DNA from: a virus
Lineage: Duplodnaviria; Caudoviricetes
Virus record (IMG/VR): IMGVR_UViG_3300028920_000008
Location: 1 to 50,071 of that record
Direction: 5' to 3' (one strand)
DNA length: 50,071 nt
In this document: positions 17,308-27,530 of the stretch, in pieces
Numbering within the stretch: the first letter of the stretch is position 1
How the letters are laid out: every line of letters starts with the position of its first letter
Position numbers and translations under genes: made by a program
Notes under the pieces: model-generated
What the model was told of the DNA's origin: nothing
Databases searched by the model: none
What the model saw: only the letters and a program-made list of their open reading frames with translations

Positions 17308-17847
17308 ATGAACAGAAAAGAATTGCAGAAAAAAATTGATGCGATCAAAGAGTTTACCCCGTCGCAAAAAAATGCCATACAAACAATGTTAAGGCAAATA
17401 GCGTCTGTTTGCGACGGAGCGCAAGATCTTGATGGCTTTGGATTCAACAAGCACGACTCATCTTTTGGTAAGAGCCTTGCAAGCCAAACATCGCGCCTCT
17501 CACATAGGCAGGCACTTGCGGGGATCAGACTTGCCTACAAGTACAGGAGACAGCTATCAAGCTCTGCGCAATCTTTGCTAAACAGAATCCTTGACGGGAA
17601 AGACGACCAGCCAACACTTGGATTGGGGCAAGCGGGGCCACACGAACCAAACGACATAATGATCTTCCCTGTTTTTGTGTCCGGCACATGTGAAAGAATT
17701 CATGTTGTATCAAGGTCTGCGGCAAAAGAAATCGCCTCATTCCTTCCAGAAGAATGGTCTGATTCTGTGCAAAAAAATCTTTATGAAAAAGGCTTAAAAA
17801 GTGTTGACATAGAGGAAATCGAAGGTATACTTTCAATTAACAATTAG
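17308..17847 (+). CDS. Protein with CDGA..DG.GFNK.D domain
   Basis: CDGAQDLDGFGFNKHDSSFGKSLA...KYRRQL; from memory, resembles a domain appended to some SNF2-type helicases. Confidence 0.6.
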   Translation: MNRKELQKKIDAIKEFTPSQKNAIQTMLRQIASVCDGAQDLDGFGFNKHDSSFGKSLASQTSRLSHRQALAGIRLAYKYRRQLSSSAQSLLNRILDGKDDQPTLGLGQAGPHEPNDIMIFPVFVSGTCERIHVVSRSAAKEIASFLPEEWSDSVQKNLYEKGLKSVDIEEIEGILSINN

Positions 17848-17905
17848 GCCAACAAACGATTTTTTGGCCGAAGGAATGCACCCATAAACAACAGGAGGTA
17901 TTGAG

Positions 17906-18094
17906 ATGTTGGTGAAGAAAGACGGAAAGACTTACAAGGTGACAAAGAAAAATTTTCGCAAGATCCTTCTGAGTCACGCGGTCGGCGGCAAGTATGACAT
18001 CTCCAAGATCGGCTCGGAAGTCGGATCTGTCGAGCATGACCTTGACAAGATGTCACCCGAAGTTGCCATGAAGGAAGTCGAGAAGTTCATCTAA
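17906..18094 (+). CDS. Hypothetical protein
   Basis: AGGAGG RBS. Confidence 0.65.
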   Translation: MLVKKDGKTYKVTKKNFRKILLSHAVGGKYDISKIGSEVGSVEHDLDKMSPEVAMKEVEKFI

Positions 18095-18213
18095 GTCAAT
18101 ATAAGCGCGAGGGTTACAACCTAAGCGCCTATTGATTGCAAGCGTAGGGGTTGGGGCGTGTTCCCGGCCCCTACGCGCTTATATACGCTTATATAGAGTC
18201 ACTAGGAGTAGAT

Positions 18214-18471
18214 ATGATAAGAACAAAAGCAGAAGTTGACCTAAGCATAGAGATCCTGGGAAAGATGTCAGAGCTTGTTGATCTGGAGAAAGAGCTTGTA
18301 GCAACAAAAATAAAGGGACAAATCAAGAGCAACAAGGCGTCGGAAAAAAATCACACAAAGCAAACAATCATAAGCGATGGCGTTGCTGAGTTTCTTGCAA
18401 AGATCGACAAAACAATCAATCGAATAGACTCAATCCTATCAGTAAGAGATGGGAGAAAGACAGCTAGGTAG
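18214..18471 (+). CDS. Hypothetical helical protein
   Basis: AGGAG RBS before ATG 18214. Confidence 0.55.
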   Translation: MIRTKAEVDLSIEILGKMSELVDLEKELVATKIKGQIKSNKASEKNHTKQTIISDGVAEFLAKIDKTINRIDSILSVRDGRKTAR

Positions 18472-18513
18472 CGGATATTTACGGTATTCCGCAAAACTTA
18501 GTCTATAATTTTG

Positions 18514-18543
18514 TTGACGGCACAAGCTGTTACGTGCTATAGT
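18514..18543 (+). promoter_or_regulatory. Sigma70-type promoter
   Basis: TTGACG-18 bp-TATAGT with extended -10 TG. Confidence 0.6.
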
Positions 18544-18572
18544 TTTATCATAGTGTAAGAAAGGGGTTTTTC

Positions 18573-18842
18573 TTGATACAAGAATCTTCATCTGTTGGCC
18601 GCTTAAATCCGCGAGTCCCCGTGAGATTTAAAAACGAGCGGGCACAAAAAGTATATCAACAAATAACCAAAAGAATAGAAGTCCATCAAAGATCGGCTGA
18701 TGAAGCTGAGGCTTTCGAGTCTTTTGGCAAGATGGTTGATAGAATCTCCAGGATGGAGGAGCTTGATTGGGTAGTCGCGCATCTTAAGAGACTATTCAGC
18801 TTCGAGGAAATAGAAGAAGATACAACCGATCGAGAGGGCTAA
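18573..18842 (+). CDS. Hypothetical protein
   Basis: Downstream of the promoter; AAGGGG RBS. Confidence 0.55.
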   Translation: MIQESSSVGRLNPRVPVRFKNERAQKVYQQITKRIEVHQRSADEAEAFESFGKMVDRISRMEELDWVVAHLKRLFSFEEIEEDTTDREG

Positions 18843-18980
18843 ATCCTATAGCTGGCAAGCTGATCCTTTCTGTGTCTTTTCGGTCGGTTTTTAATTGATG
18901 GGCCGGGGCCACTCTCTCCCGAAACCCCTTGCTCGACGTGGCTCCGGTTCCATCTTAACTCTTAAAAATAGGAAGGTGAT

Positions 18981-19343
18981 ATGTATACGATAAGAATAGA
19001 CAATCTTGATGAGTACACCGGGAGTGATGTAGAAAAGGATCTCACCGAGACAATGAATCAAATGCTTGCAGAGCATGGGATGAAGTCTGGTGGGATTCAT
19101 TTTTTCCCTGGAAGGGACGATCTTTTTGTCCTTGTTGATGTTGAGATGATCGAACCAAGAATTAGGCCGGGCCAAAGATCAAAGGATTGCCTGCTTAGTT
19201 TCCCGGACTGGATTATTGTCAACAACACGGTTAACGACGTGCTTGATAAATTTAAATTTTATGCCACCGTAAAATCAAGCAAGTTCGTTGTGCGGATAGG
19301 GAAGCGCAGAAGGGAAGATTATAAAGGTGGCAGGAGGTTCTGA
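18981..19343 (+). CDS. Hypothetical protein
   Basis: AGGAAGG RBS. Confidence 0.65.
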   Translation: MYTIRIDNLDEYTGSDVEKDLTETMNQMLAEHGMKSGGIHFFPGRDDLFVLVDVEMIEPRIRPGQRSKDCLLSFPDWIIVNNTVNDVLDKFKFYATVKSSKFVVRIGKRRREDYKGGRRF

Positions 19344-19344
19344 T

Positions 19345-19548
19345 ATGCCAGCAAACTCTGTCGGATTTGTCTTTGCTATGATAGGTGTTGCAGAGATATT
19401 TACAATGTATGATAACGATCATGCAGATGTGTACCTTTGTGGCGGCTGTCGCAGGGAGGCAAGATGGAAGGACAGGCGACAGACTCCGATGTGTTTTAGG
19501 TGTGGATCTTCTGACCTGACACTTATCAGGAAGAGATCTGAATACTAA
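19345..19548 (+). CDS. Zinc-ribbon protein
   Basis: CGGC...CFRCGS; AGGAGG RBS. Confidence 0.6.
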   Translation: MPANSVGFVFAMIGVAEIFTMYDNDHADVYLCGGCRREARWKDRRQTPMCFRCGSSDLTLIRKRSEY

Positions 19549-19554
19549 AGAGAG

Positions 19555-20547
19555 GTGTATATGCCTAAAGATAGCAGAGAAGAAAAATCCATCGACGAGA
19601 TGGAAAAAGAAGCTTCTGCTTCCGAAGATATTCCGGCCCCCCCAGACTCAGATGATCCGTGGGCTGGAGAAGAAAGGAAACAGGACAAGTTTTCGGATCG
19701 CGATGGCGAAGCAAAGGTAAAACTTTACACGCTATCAATTCCGAACGAGCCTGTTGTTGGCGGCAATCCAAATCCTGGATTTAGAAAGCTATGTCTCGAC
19801 CGGGATATGGCTATTGAGCCGCGTGATCACATTAGAGCTGTTGTTCTTGACAGGATAATGCCAAACATCGCGCAGGTTCCATACAAAGAGGCAAAAAAGA
19901 TTCCAAAGGATGAGCCGTGGAGAAAGTATCTTGGATACTCTTTCGATGGTGTCGCGCCTTCCGCGGATAAGGAGGGCGTATTTTTTCGGAAGTGTCTCGA
20001 TGTTGACGGAAATCCATTCAAGTCCTGTTCTCTCAACCCTGGCTTTGATAGCGATGGATCTCCGCGCGTCAAAGAACTAGGAGATGGCGAGTGTCCGTGG
20101 GGTAGATGGACAAACAGCCTAACGGAATCAGACAGAGAAAAGTACAAGATCAAGGATGATGACGCACCGCCAATGTGTAACAACAACATCCTTCTGTACT
20201 GTTGGGATCTTGATATCTCTGTTCCGTTTGTCGCATACTTCAAGGTAACAACAATCGGATACGCAAAAGACTTCTTGGCTTCTTGCACAAGAGGATTGGG
20301 CGAGGAGCAGAAGCAGTATCCGTTCTATGCGTTTGAGGTACTGTTTAGTGTTGTCGATAAAGGAGAGTACGCAACAGCAAAAATCGTCAACACAAACAAA
20401 TTCAGCAACCCTGGGCGCATCAAGCCTGTTGTATCGTGGTTCAACGAAAACAGAGAGTTGATGGTTCGAAACGTGGCAGTCCAGATGGGAGAGTTGAAGA
20501 AGAAAGCAGAAGATGCTGGAGACTTCAAGCCGGAGGACTACGAATAG
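19555..20547 (+). CDS. Putative ssDNA-binding/recombination protein
   Basis: SFDG..P / CPWG.W / PMC pattern, acidic aromatic tail (DFKPEDYE), located before nuclease and helicase. Confidence 0.45.
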   Translation: MYMPKDSREEKSIDEMEKEASASEDIPAPPDSDDPWAGEERKQDKFSDRDGEAKVKLYTLSIPNEPVVGGNPNPGFRKLCLDRDMAIEPRDHIRAVVLDRIMPNIAQVPYKEAKKIPKDEPWRKYLGYSFDGVAPSADKEGVFFRKCLDVDGNPFKSCSLNPGFDSDGSPRVKELGDGECPWGRWTNSLTESDREKYKIKDDDAPPMCNNNILLYCWDLDISVPFVAYFKVTTIGYAKDFLASCTRGLGEEQKQYPFYAFEVLFSVVDKGEYATAKIVNTNKFSNPGRIKPVVSWFNENRELMVRNVAVQMGELKKKAEDAGDFKPEDYE

Positions 20548-20748
20548 ATGCCGAAGGTCGTCAATGACGATATGGTTCCTGTCTCTGAGGAAATGAAGAT
20601 CATAATTCGGAGGCTTGGATACAAGGAATGCGCAAGGCTAACTGGAAAAACAGATAGCTATATGCGATCTCTTGCGTCTAAGGGAGAAAAAAGAATCCGA
20701 AGGTCTGATCTGAGAATAATCGACATGGCAAGGACGGCATCTATGTAG
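20548..20748 (+). CDS. Small HTH DNA-binding protein
   Basis: GYKECARLTGKTDSYMRSL. Confidence 0.6.
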   Translation: MPKVVNDDMVPVSEEMKIIIRRLGYKECARLTGKTDSYMRSLASKGEKRIRRSDLRIIDMARTASM

Positions 20749-20851
20749 TTGATTGGGTGGATGGGCGTAGCAAAACGGCAGGGCCAACTTTTTTGGCAAG
20801 GTAATCGCCACTCCATCTACGCCCCCACCCTATCAATTAAAAGGAGGACTT

Positions 20852-21916
20852 ATGAAGCGAGAGGTAAATCTTGATAGCCTGCAAAGGCCGGCTGTTTATT
20901 CTCCAGACTGGTTTAAAATATCAAGCAGCATGTCAGATACGTTCTCTGAGTGCAGGCAAAAGTTTTTGTATTCATATGTATACAAGATAAAACAGAGAAA
21001 AGTAGACCACAAACTGCTACGACGTAGCTGTGTGATATTTGCCTCTAATGGAGAAATAGTCAAAAAATTTGGAGAGGCCACCAATCTTGATAGAGTTGCG
21101 TGGTTTCTTGCATCTGAGGCAAAGCAAGCCGTAAAAGATCTTGGGCTTGCTTTTTCGTGGAAAGAATGGGTTTCGATCTGTGGACAGAATGGAGAGCATC
21201 CAATAGAATCTGCAATAAAGAAAGTATATGATTTCCCATCCCCAGAAAACAAAAGATGGTATTTTTCCTTTGATGACTTTATGACTCAATGCATCAACGC
21301 GACAGCAACAATAAGAATGTTTCTTACGAGAAATGAAATCGTGCCACTAAAGAAAGATGGCAGGACATTCATACAACAAACACTTGAGGCTCCGCTTGTA
21401 ATAGATGGCCAGATTCTTGATGAGACAAACGGAAGCCCAACAATAATGCGTGCGCAGGTTAATTTTATCGACAAAGATATGAATGTGTATGTGTGGAGGA
21501 TTTCTTCAAAGAGGTCGTCCGAGAACGAAATGGTTGCAAAGATATCAGAGTCGATAGATGCTCAGGCCGCTGTTGTTGCGCATCACTTTCAGGGAAGCGT
21601 AGATTTTCCGATTCACTTTGATCTTAGAAAGATAGTTGTTAAAAAAGATGGAGATATTTCTGAGGTAGAAAGCCACCAACGAGATGTATCACGAGAGGAG
21701 GTTGATGACACAAAAAGACGCCTTGCTTACAAGGCTAAAGAGATAAGGTCTATGAATATCTTTAGGGAGAGATCATGGACTTGTCCAAGATGTAGTCATT
21801 ATGACGTATGTATTAGGCGCGATACGTCAAACTTCATACAGGAAGTATGGGGAGATGAAGCGCAGGTAGCACCGAAAAAGAAAGAAACCAACGACATAGA
21901 TGATATGCCGTGGTAA
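20852..21916 (+). CDS. Cas4/AddB-like PD-(D/E)XK-fold protein, catalytic motifs degenerate
   Basis: ISSSMSDTFSECRQKFLYSY at the N-terminus and CPRCSHYDVC at the C-terminus. Confidence 0.7.
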   Translation: MKREVNLDSLQRPAVYSPDWFKISSSMSDTFSECRQKFLYSYVYKIKQRKVDHKLLRRSCVIFASNGEIVKKFGEATNLDRVAWFLASEAKQAVKDLGLAFSWKEWVSICGQNGEHPIESAIKKVYDFPSPENKRWYFSFDDFMTQCINATATIRMFLTRNEIVPLKKDGRTFIQQTLEAPLVIDGQILDETNGSPTIMRAQVNFIDKDMNVYVWRISSKRSSENEMVAKISESIDAQAAVVAHHFQGSVDFPIHFDLRKIVVKKDGDISEVESHQRDVSREEVDDTKRRLAYKAKEIRSMNIFRERSWTCPRCSHYDVCIRRDTSNFIQEVWGDEAQVAPKKKETNDIDDMPW

Positions 21917-21931
21917 GAGAGGAGCTTTGAT

Positions 21932-22507
21932 ATGTTGGTAGAGACATATGAAGTGACTGAGGCTGTAGATCCTGATTCCGCGACAGAAGAAAACGAAAAA
22001 GCACGCGCTCTGATAGAGGAGCTTGGCCTTTCTGGTCAAAAAAAATTCATTGGCGAAGTCGGAGAAACCGTGCCGTTCAGAAAGATGTCGCAACTTGAAA
22101 CAAACGTGTATAAAACGCTTTTGGGTTCAAGAACATCTGTCGATGAATACTCGGCAGGTATGATTCCGGCAAGGGTTCTTGATATTGTAAAGAGACACAG
22201 GGATTCTTTTGAAAGAATCGACGTACTCTACTCCGAAAACGATCCAGACCCCGTCCTTGTTGGTGTGATGAAAAGAGAGAACTCTACATGGCAAAAAGAC
22301 GACTTCATTCTCGCCAGATGGGGAGATGAGCTTGAGTCGATCGAGTCTCTCGCAAACAAGGCGCTTGACATCATAAGGGGCAACGTGACTACCGCCCTTC
22401 AAAAAGCAAAGACTGCTATAGACGCAGACATCGAAGCGGCAAAAAGTATTGGTATGCACACGCTCCACAAGTCGATTCCGAACCCTCGTTATTATTCTGA
22501 ATTTTAG
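21932..22507 (+). CDS. Hypothetical phage protein
   Basis: DPDPVLVG...FILARWGDE motif; GAGGAG RBS. Confidence 0.7.
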   Translation: MLVETYEVTEAVDPDSATEENEKARALIEELGLSGQKKFIGEVGETVPFRKMSQLETNVYKTLLGSRTSVDEYSAGMIPARVLDIVKRHRDSFERIDVLYSENDPDPVLVGVMKRENSTWQKDDFILARWGDELESIESLANKALDIIRGNVTTALQKAKTAIDADIEAAKSIGMHTLHKSIPNPRYYSEF

Positions 22508-22522
22508 AAAGGGATTATTGAT

Positions 22523-24115
22523 ATGTGCGACGTAGTAGAAAAATATTTCCCAAAGCAACCGCCATTTAACGGAAAACCACGCGATGCCCAGGGAGATGTG
22601 ATAGAGCGCATGTATCAGGCCGTCGTTGGGGGTAAGCGATTCTTAGTAATCGCTGCCCCCACCGGAGCTGGTAAAAGCGCGATACTATACACTCTTGCAA
22701 ATGCTATTTGCGATCTGAATGGCGTTGACCACAGACTTGATGGAAGCGGTGCGATATTCACAACGTCACAAAAAGTCTTGCAAGATCAGTATGAAGAAGA
22801 TTTTCAAGACATGTTTGTAATGAAGGGCAGGGGGAACTATCCATGCAAACAGCCAGTCGAGTCAGAAGAATCGAACAACTGTGATGCAGGGATATGCCTG
22901 TTCAGAGAAACAAAACCAGACTGCGATACCTCTTGTCCATACAAGCAAGCAAAAATACAAGCACAACTTAGCAAGTTGATTGTAACAAATTTTGCTTACT
23001 TTATCGGAGAAAGCAACAACGTAAACGCCTTTGGAAAGAGGCGTGTTTTGATGATAGATGAAGCGCACAACATAGAGTCTGCATTGATGAGCTATGTTGA
23101 GTGTGGCATATCAGAGGCCGGCCTGAAGTTTTGCGGGCTGGAGAGGATAGTGCCAATATTTGATCGCTTCGGCCAGTACGAAGATTTTCTTGTCCAGCTA
23201 TCAAAAGATGCAAAAGAAAGAGCAATTGACCTTAAAGGCGAGATGGAGCAAAATCCTAGCACTGTCTTTACCGACAAGGCAAAGCAATACGATAGGGCCA
23301 TGAAGCTTTTTCAGAAAACATCTTTCATAAGATTTCACGCAGAAACATGCAAGTGGATACCAGACGCCGATGCAGACAAAAGGAAGGTTGTTTTTAAGCC
23401 GATAAATGTAAGCCCATTTGCAAGAAATCTTGTGTTTGCATTTGGCGACATCAACATTCTTTCTTCTGCCACAATCAGCAAGAGCTACGTCAAAAACTGT
23501 CTTGGAATCCCAGATAGCGACTTCGAATATTTCGAGGTTCCATCTACGTTTCCCGTAGAAAACAGGCCAATCTACGCCATGAACGCTGGAAAGATGGGCT
23601 ACAGATATCTTGAGAAATCGCTTCCAAATATAGTCAGGAAAATAGATGCGATTATAGATCAATTCCCCGACAGCAAAGGGATAATACATGCTACTTCATA
23701 CAAGATAGCAAAGTATGTCTCGTTGCACTCAAGACATGCTGAAAGATTTATATCGCACAACTCTGTAGATAGGATAGAGAGGCTAAGGGATCATATGAAA
23801 TCTCCAGAGCCAACAATACTTCTGTCTCCATCGATGACAGAAGGTGTAGACCTGAAGGGCGATCTTTCTCGCTTCCAGATTATTGTAAAAATCCCATACG
23901 CTTCACTTGGGGACAAACAGATAAAAGCCAGAATGGAAGAAGATAAAATCTGGTATGCCAATCTCGCCGCCGTCACCCTGATGCAAGCATATGGAAGATC
24001 AATAAGGAGCAAATCTGATACGGCGATTACTTTTGTTCTTGACTCTGCATTCAAGTATTTTGTAAAAAGCAACGATCATCTCTTTTGCAATTGGTTTAAG
24101 GAGGCAATTAGATGA
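22523..24115 (+). CDS. DinG/Rad3(XPD)-family SF2 helicase
   Basis: APTGAGKS, LQDQY, KGRGNYPC with Cys cluster, IDEAH, LSSAT, EGVD, QAYGRSIR. Confidence 0.9.
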   Translation: MCDVVEKYFPKQPPFNGKPRDAQGDVIERMYQAVVGGKRFLVIAAPTGAGKSAILYTLANAICDLNGVDHRLDGSGAIFTTSQKVLQDQYEEDFQDMFVMKGRGNYPCKQPVESEESNNCDAGICLFRETKPDCDTSCPYKQAKIQAQLSKLIVTNFAYFIGESNNVNAFGKRRVLMIDEAHNIESALMSYVECGISEAGLKFCGLERIVPIFDRFGQYEDFLVQLSKDAKERAIDLKGEMEQNPSTVFTDKAKQYDRAMKLFQKTSFIRFHAETCKWIPDADADKRKVVFKPINVSPFARNLVFAFGDINILSSATISKSYVKNCLGIPDSDFEYFEVPSTFPVENRPIYAMNAGKMGYRYLEKSLPNIVRKIDAIIDQFPDSKGIIHATSYKIAKYVSLHSRHAERFISHNSVDRIERLRDHMKSPEPTILLSPSMTEGVDLKGDLSRFQIIVKIPYASLGDKQIKARMEEDKIWYANLAAVTLMQAYGRSIRSKSDTAITFVLDSAFKYFVKSNDHLFCNWFKEAIR

Positions 24116-24546
24116 GCAAGAATAATACTGACTCCATAAAGATTGTCAGTATTCCATACAATCACGATATGGAGAAAATCAGCGAGACAACATCAAAAAT
24201 CGACGGAAGAACTCTTTCGTCAAGCGTGGCTGTTGGGCTTGGAAGTTTGTGCAATCTTTTGGAACCGTTCATATCTTATAGAGAAGTGTTGATGAGAAAT
24301 AGAATATCAAAGGCAAGGTCGCTTGCGCTCAAGGTAGATGCAACAGACGGTGTAAGCGAAAAAGAAAAAGAAAAAGCGATGAGCGATATAAATTCAATAA
24401 TATCTGGGGCAGAGAAAACGCTTGTTGCGCTTAGACACTTGGAACCAATAAGAGAAGCGATAATAAAATATACAAGAGATTTGCCAGGAAGCGGTGTGTA
24501 CGATCTCAAGCAAAAAGTAACCATATGGATCGATATAGACGAATGA
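24112..24546 (+). CDS. Hypothetical protein
   Basis: ATGA overlap with the helicase. Confidence 0.6.
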   Translation: MSKNNTDSIKIVSIPYNHDMEKISETTSKIDGRTLSSSVAVGLGSLCNLLEPFISYREVLMRNRISKARSLALKVDATDGVSEKEKEKAMSDINSIISGAEKTLVALRHLEPIREAIIKYTRDLPGSGVYDLKQKVTIWIDIDE

Positions 24547-24558
24547 GGAGGTTCTTCT

Positions 24559-24786
24559 GTGATACCAAAAGAAAAGGTCGAAGATGTAATTGTCGTAACC
24601 GCCAGGAGCAAGAATCAATTTCAGATACAGCTAAGGCAGGTTATAAACACTTTCGGGATGGACAGGATAAAGATCATTGGATCTGGTGTCCAGCATATAA
24701 GGCAGGCGATAAACCTTCACGCAATCATAGTTGTGAAGGAAAAATCAGATACGCGCAAAAAAGTCTCAACAGCATCTAATGGGTAA
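24559..24786 (+). CDS. SpoVS/Alba-like small protein
   Basis: DVIVVTARS...IKIIGSGVQHIRQAINLHAII resembles SpoVS (EVLKVSAKS...QAIGAGALNQAVKAVAIA). Confidence 0.5.
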   Translation: MIPKEKVEDVIVVTARSKNQFQIQLRQVINTFGMDRIKIIGSGVQHIRQAINLHAIIVVKEKSDTRKKVSTASNG

Positions 24787-24798
24787 TGGAGGGTTTAG

Positions 24799-27363
24799 TT
24801 GATATCTTACACCATACAGGGTGTAGATGTTCTTGAAGAAAAGTCTGTGTCTGGAGATAATGAATCTCTTTGCACTTGTCCTTCTTGCGGAAGACAAAAA
24901 CTGTATATTAATAAATCTGGCGGAGAGAAAGATGGGCTTTTCGAATGCAAAGTCTGCGGACTCTCTGGAAAAGTAGAAAACCACAATAGCACTTCGCGAA
25001 AAAAGAGCATCAAGCCAGAAAAGAAAAAAGACCAAATAAGCGATGAGGTCGTACACAGATATATAGACAAGCTTGTAAACTCATGCAAGATTAATGAGTT
25101 TGTCAGATCCTATTTCTCAAAAAAGAAGATACCAATTGGATTGGTGGAACAATACAGAATAGGATATTCTGAAGAGCTACCAGATTACGATGATATGAAA
25201 ATCGCAAGGCGGTTGGGCCTTGTGAATGAGAAGCTAAATAACCGCTTTTACAAGCGAATTGTTATGCCGGTTATGGCGAAGGGGCGTTGGGTGTATTTAA
25301 CGTCAAGGGCTGTTGGTATTTCAAGTCCAGCGAAGTATATGGACATAAGTCTAAAGAAAAGAATATTTCGCGAGGATGCAATAGATAGTAATAACAGAAT
25401 ATTTTTATGCGAGGGCATACCAGACACGCTATCAATGATAGCAAATGGATATGATTCTGCAATAGGAATACTTGGCTCTCAAGTTTTCAAGGAAGATTAT
25501 AAGGAAAAGTTAAGAAACAAAGAAATCATTATTTGCTATGACAATGATTTTGCCGGAAGAAGAAGCACTGTTCATATCGCGAACATAATGTCTGCCGCTG
25601 GATCTAGGGTATCATCAATAACACTTGGGGAAGGGCAGGATGTATCTGATTTCTTTGCCGCAAATAAGGGCAAAAAACTAGAGATAGTCCCAATAGAAAA
25701 GATAGAAAAAGAGCAAAAGATACTCCTGTTCTCCAGGGCAGAGCCAAATCTGTTGGTGTATTCGTTTGGTCATTATGAAATCAGGGCAAGTGACATCACG
25801 CCAAGAAAGGGATCTCTAAGGGCTACGGTGTCGGTATTTAATAGTACAAAAATACTTGCATCGTCAAATTTTGATCTTACTTCAATGAGGCTTCGCGCAA
25901 CATACGCAAAAGAGTTTGTTGCAAATGCAAGCGATGTCGCAGAGCCAGAAGCAAAATCGATGTTGATGGATCTTGCAAACGCAATAAAGCAAAATCTGCA
26001 AGAACAGGAAGAAACAGCAGAAGAAAAACAAGTATATATAATGAGCGATAAGGAGAAGGAAAGCGCACAAAAGATGTTGTGCGACCCGCTCCTACTATAT
26101 AGGATAAAACGCGCACTTGATAGACAGGAGGTTGTTGGGGAGGATATAAACAAACTGTTGTTATATTTGATATACACATCTCGCCTAATGAAAAAGCCGA
26201 TATCGTGTCTAATCAAAGGACTCTCAAGTTCTGGAAAAACATATTTGATGGGCAAGGTTTTGAGCCTTATTCCACCAGAGGGCCACATCACAATCCAACA
26301 GGCAACTGGCCGTGCGCTGTATTATATGGGAGAGCTTGATTTAAAACACAAGATGATAATTATAGGCGAGATGCACGGAGCAGAAGAAACACAATATTCT
26401 TTGCGAGAGGCACAGGATGGAATTGGTGAGGGCGACCTGATTATTGCTACCGTAGAAAAGGATCCTGATACAAACCAGAATCAAACGGTAATAAAGAGGG
26501 TTGCTGGCCCGTGCGGATTTGTTTCATCGACAACTTCGGTTGAAATTAATCCAGAAAACGAGACAAGAAACTTTTCTATATATGTAAAAATAGATGAAAA
26601 CAAAGTAAAAGATACTGCATCAACGCTTGTAGACAAATATCTTGGCAAGTCTAACGTATTATCGCAAGATGAACTTCTGTTGTTTCACAACGCACAGAGA
26701 AGCCTACAAACAAATATGATGGTGCGTATTCCTTATATAAAATACGTGCTAGATAGATTTCCGTCGTCGCCAATCAGGGTCATGCGGGACAGGGTTAGAT
26801 TTTGTGTGTTGCTTGAGACAATAGCAATAATACATCAGTTCCAAAGAGAAATATCAGAAGATGAAGATGGACAAAGATGGATAACAGCTTCAATATCTGA
26901 TTACAACATAGCACTCGCCTTGATGAACGAGATCTTGGTTGAGACAATCTATGAATTGCCAGCCAAGTCAAGAGAGATATATAGTGTTGTTGTTGAGATG
27001 AGAGATGAATTTGTAGAAAACTCAGACACGTCGTCCATAATAGACGATGAAGATAAGGCAAAATTATTCAACGCAACATATAAGCAAATAGGCGAAAGAA
27101 TGAACATGAAGGCGGCTGATATCAGAAGGTGGTCAAAGCCGCTTTTTGAGGCCGGCTATTTCGAATATGCCGATACTGGAGAAAAAAACTCTGGAGGAAG
27201 GGGGAAGCAAACAAAATTGATTCCTGTTGACAAGGAATTTTACCACGGATTCCTTCCTTCTCCAGATGAGATTGCAAATTATTTCGGCATGTTTGATGAG
27301 ACACTATACAATCCAATAACAGGAGAAACAAGAGAAATAGAAAGGATGGAGGTAGACCTTTGA
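24799..27363 (+). CDS. Primase-helicase (Zn finger + DnaG-type TOPRIM + P-loop ATPase)
   Basis: CPSC...CKVC, FYKRIVMP, LCEGIPD, CYDNDFAG, GLSSSGKT. Confidence 0.88.
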   Translation: MISYTIQGVDVLEEKSVSGDNESLCTCPSCGRQKLYINKSGGEKDGLFECKVCGLSGKVENHNSTSRKKSIKPEKKKDQISDEVVHRYIDKLVNSCKINEFVRSYFSKKKIPIGLVEQYRIGYSEELPDYDDMKIARRLGLVNEKLNNRFYKRIVMPVMAKGRWVYLTSRAVGISSPAKYMDISLKKRIFREDAIDSNNRIFLCEGIPDTLSMIANGYDSAIGILGSQVFKEDYKEKLRNKEIIICYDNDFAGRRSTVHIANIMSAAGSRVSSITLGEGQDVSDFFAANKGKKLEIVPIEKIEKEQKILLFSRAEPNLLVYSFGHYEIRASDITPRKGSLRATVSVFNSTKILASSNFDLTSMRLRATYAKEFVANASDVAEPEAKSMLMDLANAIKQNLQEQEETAEEKQVYIMSDKEKESAQKMLCDPLLLYRIKRALDRQEVVGEDINKLLLYLIYTSRLMKKPISCLIKGLSSSGKTYLMGKVLSLIPPEGHITIQQATGRALYYMGELDLKHKMIIIGEMHGAEETQYSLREAQDGIGEGDLIIATVEKDPDTNQNQTVIKRVAGPCGFVSSTTSVEINPENETRNFSIYVKIDENKVKDTASTLVDKYLGKSNVLSQDELLLFHNAQRSLQTNMMVRIPYIKYVLDRFPSSPIRVMRDRVRFCVLLETIAIIHQFQREISEDEDGQRWITASISDYNIALALMNEILVETIYELPAKSREIYSVVVEMRDEFVENSDTSSIIDDEDKAKLFNATYKQIGERMNMKAADIRRWSKPLFEAGYFEYADTGEKNSGGRGKQTKLIPVDKEFYHGFLPSPDEIANYFGMFDETLYNPITGETREIERMEVDL

Positions 27364-27530
27364 TTGGCGATGGGGAGCAAAAAAAAGGATCGCATCTTAG
27401 TCACGTTCTTGATAAGTTAGCAAGTCTCGACGAAGAAACAAAAAAAAGACTGGAAGAAGTGAAACATATTAGCGCTCCAGATGAAAACAAGAATACATTT
27501 ATCTTCAACGACAAAAGGAATGCCAAATAA
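27360..27530 (+). CDS. 56-aa hypothetical protein
   Basis: Manual translation; TTG overlaps the primase stop, GGAGG RBS, stop abuts the next ATG. Confidence 0.4.
   Translation: MIGDGEQKKGSHLSHVLDKLASLDEETKKRLEEVKHISAPDENKNTFIFNDKRNAK

Noticed and set aside
20852-24115. Type IV CRISPR-like locus (Cas4-like plus DinG)
   Set aside because: No array and no Cas5/6/7-like genes; the context is replication/recombination
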